From Catajapyx aquilonaris (taxonomy: Eukaryota): a DNA stretch of 64,000 nucleotides. Position 1 is the stretch's first letter; each line of letters begins with the position of its first letter. Shown in pieces: positions 58,301 through 64,000 of the stretch. Location: assembly GCA_000934665.2 (NCBI GenBank), contig KZ538044.1, forward strand, positions 1-64,000, in the 5' to 3' direction. Below the pieces are notes generated by a model. It saw nothing but the letters and a program-made list of their open reading frames with translations, did no database searches and was not told where the DNA came from. Position numbers and translations under genes: made by a program.

Positions 58301-61300
58301 GCCCCACTGTTCATTATTATGTAAATGGTCGGATTAAACCAATTTAGAGTTATTTATATCGCCGCATCATGATTACCAATGGGGCGCAAGCCGTGAGTCA
58401 TCATTACGTGCATTCAAATTGCGCCTAAATATGGAAACTGCTTTTTTAAATTTTCATTTATATTGTTTTGGAATTGCGGCTAATAATGTAGGGCTGGGAT
58501 GTACTGTATATAGTGCCGATTACATCGATTAGTAAAATAATTACCAAGTAGATTATGTTAACGCCTTTTTTGTTGCAAATACATATATGCCGCAAAATGA
58601 AAGGTAATACATTGTTTTGCCGCAATACAAGCACCGCAGATTATGGTAGTGTCAGAGCTATTTAACGTGCATACCTTGTTTCATGACGTTCCTACTGTTG
58701 CATTTATAGGCCTGTTTAGCTATATCGTTTATATCGTCGGCATAAGAATTTCAACCGCATTTCAAATATGTAGTGAATTTAAATGCAATTACTGCAAATA
58801 ATGTAGTTATTGCAACTGCCTTCGTCCCAGTTGCACTATGAACAAAATCAGCCTGACTAGTTGGCCTGTAGAGTTACCTTTGTCCACACACCAACACCAA
58901 ACCTCTCTTATTGGCATTTTTAGCCCACATTTTCCCTACACATAATGACACCGAAGCGACAGGTTTTCACCGCGGCCACATTTATGTTCACCTACTTAAT
59001 TAGTTTATGGCTTGTCCTCCCCATGATCGGTTTCATAAGCAAGCCTTTGTTTAGCGTATACCGGACTCACACATTAAATGCGGGAACAAGCAGCTAGTTA
59101 AACAAAATTATGCAGCTATATGCATACTAGAAAAAAACCAGCATTACTGACATTGGGAAGAGTCTGATGAATATAAATATTTTTTCATCCAACTACAAAA
59201 CTAACATTGGGCTTAATGCTGCTCTCACTCCGTGTTAGCCATTTGGTCTGCGAATAAATTATTCTTTGGGTGTTGGTTGGCAAACAGTTAACACACACGC
59301 AAGCAGACTCTCTGCACATTATTTTTCCAACCTCTCTCTCTGGCCGCAAAAAAACAACTCTCCCCCCTACCCTCCTACCCATAACCCACTCCCCCTCGTC
59401 CCACTAAACTCCCATCCGTTGGTTTATTCCGGGTAATAAATTGATGAACCCCAGCTTACAACTCTAGGTAATACAGCGGGCCCACACAGTTAGCTGGTAT
59501 CTGATCGATAGGTTGTGAGAGAAAAAGTTCTTCATTGATTCTCAAGGGAAGAGAAGAAATATTGGAAAAGAGCAAAAGGGAAGTGAGACCGTCTCGGGAA
59601 CCTCACAAGGACTTTTTTTCCGGAAGTTTTTTTTTTGACCAAGCTAGATCGCAGTCGTTTTTCCTAATTGAGTAGGTTTTTTTTTTTCTCAAGAAGAGCT
59701 AGAATGATTGATTATCTGTCACCGGAGGTAATTTTCTCTGAAGCGTGAGAGGGAGAAAATATATATATATAAGTTCAAACTGTACATTTAGCAGGCTTTT
59801 AGCTTTCATGTAGGTGCGAAAGAAACAGAATCTCACGTAGAATTAAGTCTCAAATATTTTCCGTTACAAATTATTGCATATTGTAATGTCTAGTTCGGAT
59901 GGACAGGCCCAAACATGGCGGCCCACCTTGCCACCTCGCGACTTATGACCCTTGTATCTTAACTGTCAGATGCCCTATGCTCCCAAAAGCTATCTTAAGC
60001 GATACCTGGCGAGTGAACCTTCCGGGTGTTATGATCATTTGGAAGGTGGGTGGAAGGGAGGGCAGAGCAAACCCTTAATTTGATGCAAGGTGAGAAACGC
60101 GCGACGTCTGAATCTGCGGAAGCGCATCGCTTAATCCCGAGCGGAGACTTGTGGGCTTGGACCTTAATGCATGTTTATTTGTCCCATCAAAGCGGAGGCC
60201 TGTGGCAAGTGGAAGTGGCTGTAATTTGGGGGCCTCTCTCGCCGCACTTCTAGCCTCCCAAACTAAGCCATTAGTGCAGGAAGTGCGGCCTAACTCTATC
60301 TTGCCAAGGGAATATATCCTCTCTCCTAAATTCCTTCTTCCTGCATTCGTCGCATTAATGATACGCCACGATACGACGACACCCAAAAAATCAACACTGA
60401 TGTGATAGTGCACCATTCTATGCATGATAGCTAGCCCTTTTTTCCTATTCGAAGCGCAATTACTCACAAAGTACTTGCAGAATCCATTGTGCCTACTTGA
60501 GTCAGCGTTAAACTAAAACCGCTAGGGCGGCTGCCAAGCACGCTTACAAAGTTGCTTTTTTCCATCCAACTCGGTACTTTTCAACTGCGTGAATAGCATA
60601 AAGCCACGCCCTTCTGTGCTTTCAGAACCTGCATGCTATATAACCAGAAAAGCAGTGGCTCCAATTCACAGGGAAGAGTAGAGGGGGACTTGAAGTGTTT
60701 ACAATGCCTCCATTTTTAGTGCACAATGTCGGAAGACTTGGAACGTTTGCACTGTTTTCCAGGGCAATGAAGGAAAACACGGGACTTCCCCGCACTTTGC
60801 CCAATTTATCCGGAGTGATATTGGGACCGGAGAGAACCAACTGGGTTCTGAACTGGGATTTGAAAAGGACAGAGAGGCAATAAGGTTGCAGACAAGTGGC
60901 TGCCAAATAGTTAGGAGGCCCATTTATCTCAAGTCCTAAGGGAGTGACCCCCTTTTGCATCCCATCATTCCAAGACAATAGGGATTCATCGTCCCGGTGG
61001 CGGTCCTGCCACTTGTTTACCAATAGAATCTACCCTAATAAACTGCGGGTTTTGAGCCATAAGATTACAAATTCGCATGCAAAGTAGGAGGAGCCTTCCT
61101 TGTTGTTTAACTCTAGATAAGAAAGTACGCACAATTCAAGGCCTATAGCAGTCGATAGGTGAATTATGGCTCGGTTAAGAACGCCCTTCCAGCAATTAGT
61201 GGCTGCGTGTGTGTAATTTGGGCCATGTTTTCTGGGTCAAGGCTCAGTTTGGGCAGGCAGTTTCCGGGAGGTTGCCTCGTAATGAAGTGCTGCGAGGTGG

Positions 61301-63751
61301 CAAGTTGGGCTTAAATGGTCCAGTGCTGTCGGCGGTTTCAGCAGACTGGAGGCTTAGCAGGCGGTCTCTTCCGTTGCTCCTACACTCATTTCCATGCGCC
61401 TTTCATACCACAAGAGCAGCCGTGCTCTCTAACTCGGCCAACCTTCAAAATCTTTATTCATTTGGTGGGGGTCCATCAAAAACGGGAGGTTTGTATGTAG
61501 GTTTAATTAAAATGCAAATTTTACTGACCACTTGCACCACCCGCGAATGGCAACCGTACAGTCCAAATGAAGTTGTTGACTGTTGGTAAGCAGAAAAATG
61601 GATGCCCATAGTGGAGGATGCATTATGCATGGCCTTTGCCAAAGTGAATCTAAGTGAGTTACTTGGCCCCTATCTCTCCCTTCAACAAACTTTGGGCTCA
61701 ATAGAGTTGCAGAAACTTTTTATCAGACTAGGCGTTCCCTGGAATTTCCTTGCCGATATGTCTCATCTCACCGACTGTGGCACACTGTATTTTTTTTTCA
61801 ATTTAGGGCCAACAACCTTTAGAAAAACTTTACTTTCCGACTACCAACTATAGAAACTTGTTTTGGTTTGCCATGTACTTTTTGATGTCATGTAGCCTGC
61901 TCTAGGATCTCTGTGCAATTAGCGCAAGAGAGAATCAGCTGCTCCAAACTTTGACATTAGGCCCAAGAAAAGTTTGTTGACCTAACAAAAGTGTGCTCTT
62001 CAATTAAACTCGGGCAAAACCCCGCTGTTTTTTCTAGGATAGAAAATAATGCTGCTAAAGCGCAGAGAGTGCGCTCTGATGATGCAACGCAGTTGTTTGA
62101 GTTGATGCAAATGCGCAGCAGTTCTCAAGTTTCATTAATTAATAGGCTCAGGCCCGTGTGACCCTTTAGAACCAGATAATTGCTGGAAACTTGTAAATTA
62201 ATTATGCAGCTTGCTTGCAAAGGAAGGATTTATTGCAACAAGATTTTGCAGGTTAAGTAATTTCTGAGGGATGGAGTAATTGCAGTGTTAGCGGTTGGTG
62301 GTAGTAGTAATTGTAGTAATTGTGCAATCATTAATCGATTGGAGGAGTTTCATTCATAGCTTTTGTGCCTGTATATGTGCAGTTAATTTAAACATACAGT
62401 ACTGTTATGTTTAAAATATCATCAACCCATTCAATGTTCACAGATAATTTCGACACTTCAGTGCCAGTTCTCTATACCGCATATATGTCTCACGACATTT
62501 TTGCAGTCTTCTTTGGCCCTTCTTGTGTATTCTACAGCATCCAATATTCTATTTGCATTCTATAGCCAACCCAGAACTGTATCGTAACCGGCATATATTT
62601 TTCACTATCCAAGTCACATAGAAATGAAAGGTATCCATCAAATCCCGCCCTTTGCAAGCCCATGCATTGGCCACTAAATCAGTCCTCTACTCCCTGTGCC
62701 TGTTGACCGTATGATTAGTTGATGATCTATTTGCCGGAAAAAAGTAAGCGGCTCTTCCATTGCTCATATTATAGGGGGCTCTGATTTATGCTGGTCACAG
62801 CGTGGTGAATCTTTCATGAAAGTGGCAACAGTGGCGTGCACCGGAACGAGTCATCGACGTCACGCAACATTTCCCTGCTGTGCAAAATTGGGGGTGGCCT
62901 CTAGAGCACAATCTCCGCGCATGTAAATAATCGAGGTAATAGTACCTAATGGTCGAAGGTGTCCGATGTTGGAGCCTGTATAGTAGAGGGGGGCACGAGT
63001 GACGCAATAAGCATATCTGAATTGGGGGTACCCATGTTCACATAATTATCTTGTGTATCTCGGGGCCCAGATTTTCATGGCGCCGTTTGTGTGTGCATTG
63101 CTAAAAATATGGCCTCGTCACGTAGTAAATAGTTACCACAACATTGCTCATTCTGTCGTGCGGGGAGTGTGAGGTCTGCTTCAATTATGTATATGTCCAG
63201 GTATTTCACAAATGGTGTCTTGCTGCATGGTGCATCATTTGATGTGATGGGGAGGGTTTTTTTTTAAACAGTGGTTAAGTGGTTGTTCATGGAAATGTGT
63301 CATTTGATAATTGCGTACCAAATAAGATGTCACTTTTGTAACACCAATGGACATGCCTTGCAATTATAATAATATGTGGTGCGCCATACATAGACAGTGA
63401 TGAGGCTTTCATTGTGTGACAACTGCATTTTTAAAACCAAAAACTACACCAAATCAGTGCAACTGACTGCCATCGCAGTAACAAAGTTCCATGATTGACA
63501 ACTGGAAAAATAAAGCTCGCTAACGATTTTCAAAGTGCAACTCCAGTCATATCAAAAAGTAGCCCAAAATCGCAATGGGAATTTTGGACGCAAACTAATA
63601 TTGGTTGGTGAAACTCATTCCAAGTTTGGAACCAATTAGAGGCAACAGTAATGGGTCTCCAGTTTGCAGTAAGAAAGATTGACAACCAGTTGCAGGCTGG
63701 GAAATTGAAACTGATGGCCTTCTTTCTCTCCTCCTTCTCTGGCAGGTTACC

Positions 63752-63889
63752 ATGACAAGAGGAACGGTGGGTGTGTCCAGCATAGGGCCCTGGAGGACGC
63801 TGCTGCTTCTCTTTGTCTTCATGCCACCTACTTTAGCCCTTTGCCCTGCCAAATGCACTTGCTCCTTGAATGGACGTGGACTCAAGCAG
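63752..63889 (+). CDS. First coding exon of a secreted or transmembrane leucine-rich-repeat-type protein (signal peptide + LRRNT-like cap); gene continues beyond the window
   Basis: Strong acceptor TCTTTCTCTCCTCCTTCTCTGGCAG| (exon starts 63746), ACCATG at 63752, donor CAG|GTAAAT at 63890. Encodes MTRGTVGVSSIGPWRTLLLLFVFMPPTLA|LCPAKCTCSLNGRGLKQ. A hydrophobic leader followed immediately by CPxxCxC is the hallmark of extracellular LRR proteins. Confidence 0.8.
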
Positions 63890-64000
63890 GTAAATAAAAC
63901 CACTGCACGTGAGGCAAAGCAGAAAAGGGAGGGCAACTGAAGAACGCAAAAGTGAAGAAAGTGCAGTGTTGTAATTAGGCACAAGGCACTACAATAATTC

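Noticed and set aside
10720..60505. Recurrent AP-1-like TGA(G/C)TCA sites (about 14 seen)
   Set aside because: Only modestly above a rough chance expectation and not clustered.
16000..63500. Many 60-180 aa ORFs in the ORF track (e.g. 21411-21947, 33262-33693, 46022-46453)
   Set aside because: No recognisable domains, no consistent codon bias or splice-compatible exon chains. Consistent with random ORFs in non-coding DNA, although small exons could be missed by eye.

Overview
Eukaryotic, most likely arthropod (pancrustacean/hexapod-like), genomic DNA. The species cannot be identified from this window. Three spliced protein-coding genes were reconstructed by hand. (1) A globin on + (4 coding exons, 2260-3844, 192 aa) with a signal-peptide-like N-terminus, the ancestral B12.2 and G7.0 introns and a GC-AG splice donor. 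(2) Tail-to-tail with it on -, a giant hemocyanin-superfamily gene (hexamerin/pseudo-hemocyanin; 4 exons, 10163-4278, 1744 aa). It keeps only 2 of the 6 copper-ligand histidines and carries an insert of about 1050 aa between the CuA and CuB regions, made of six Gln-rich repeats of about 160-170 aa, one with a pure (CAG)30 tract. (3) The first coding exon of a secreted or membrane LRR-type protein (signal peptide + CPxxCxC) at 63752-63889. It is probably preceded by an intron of about 48 kb from a non-coding exon near 15.0-15.3 kb. The 15-63.7 kb interval has no recognisable coding sequence and looks regulatory. Several MITEs (pogo/Tigger-like, Tc1/mariner-like, hAT-like, foldback) and two decayed tRNA-derived SINEs are also present. 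The strongest candidate for new biology is the copper-less, repeat-expanded hemocyanin derivative paired end-to-end with an apparently secreted haemoglobin.
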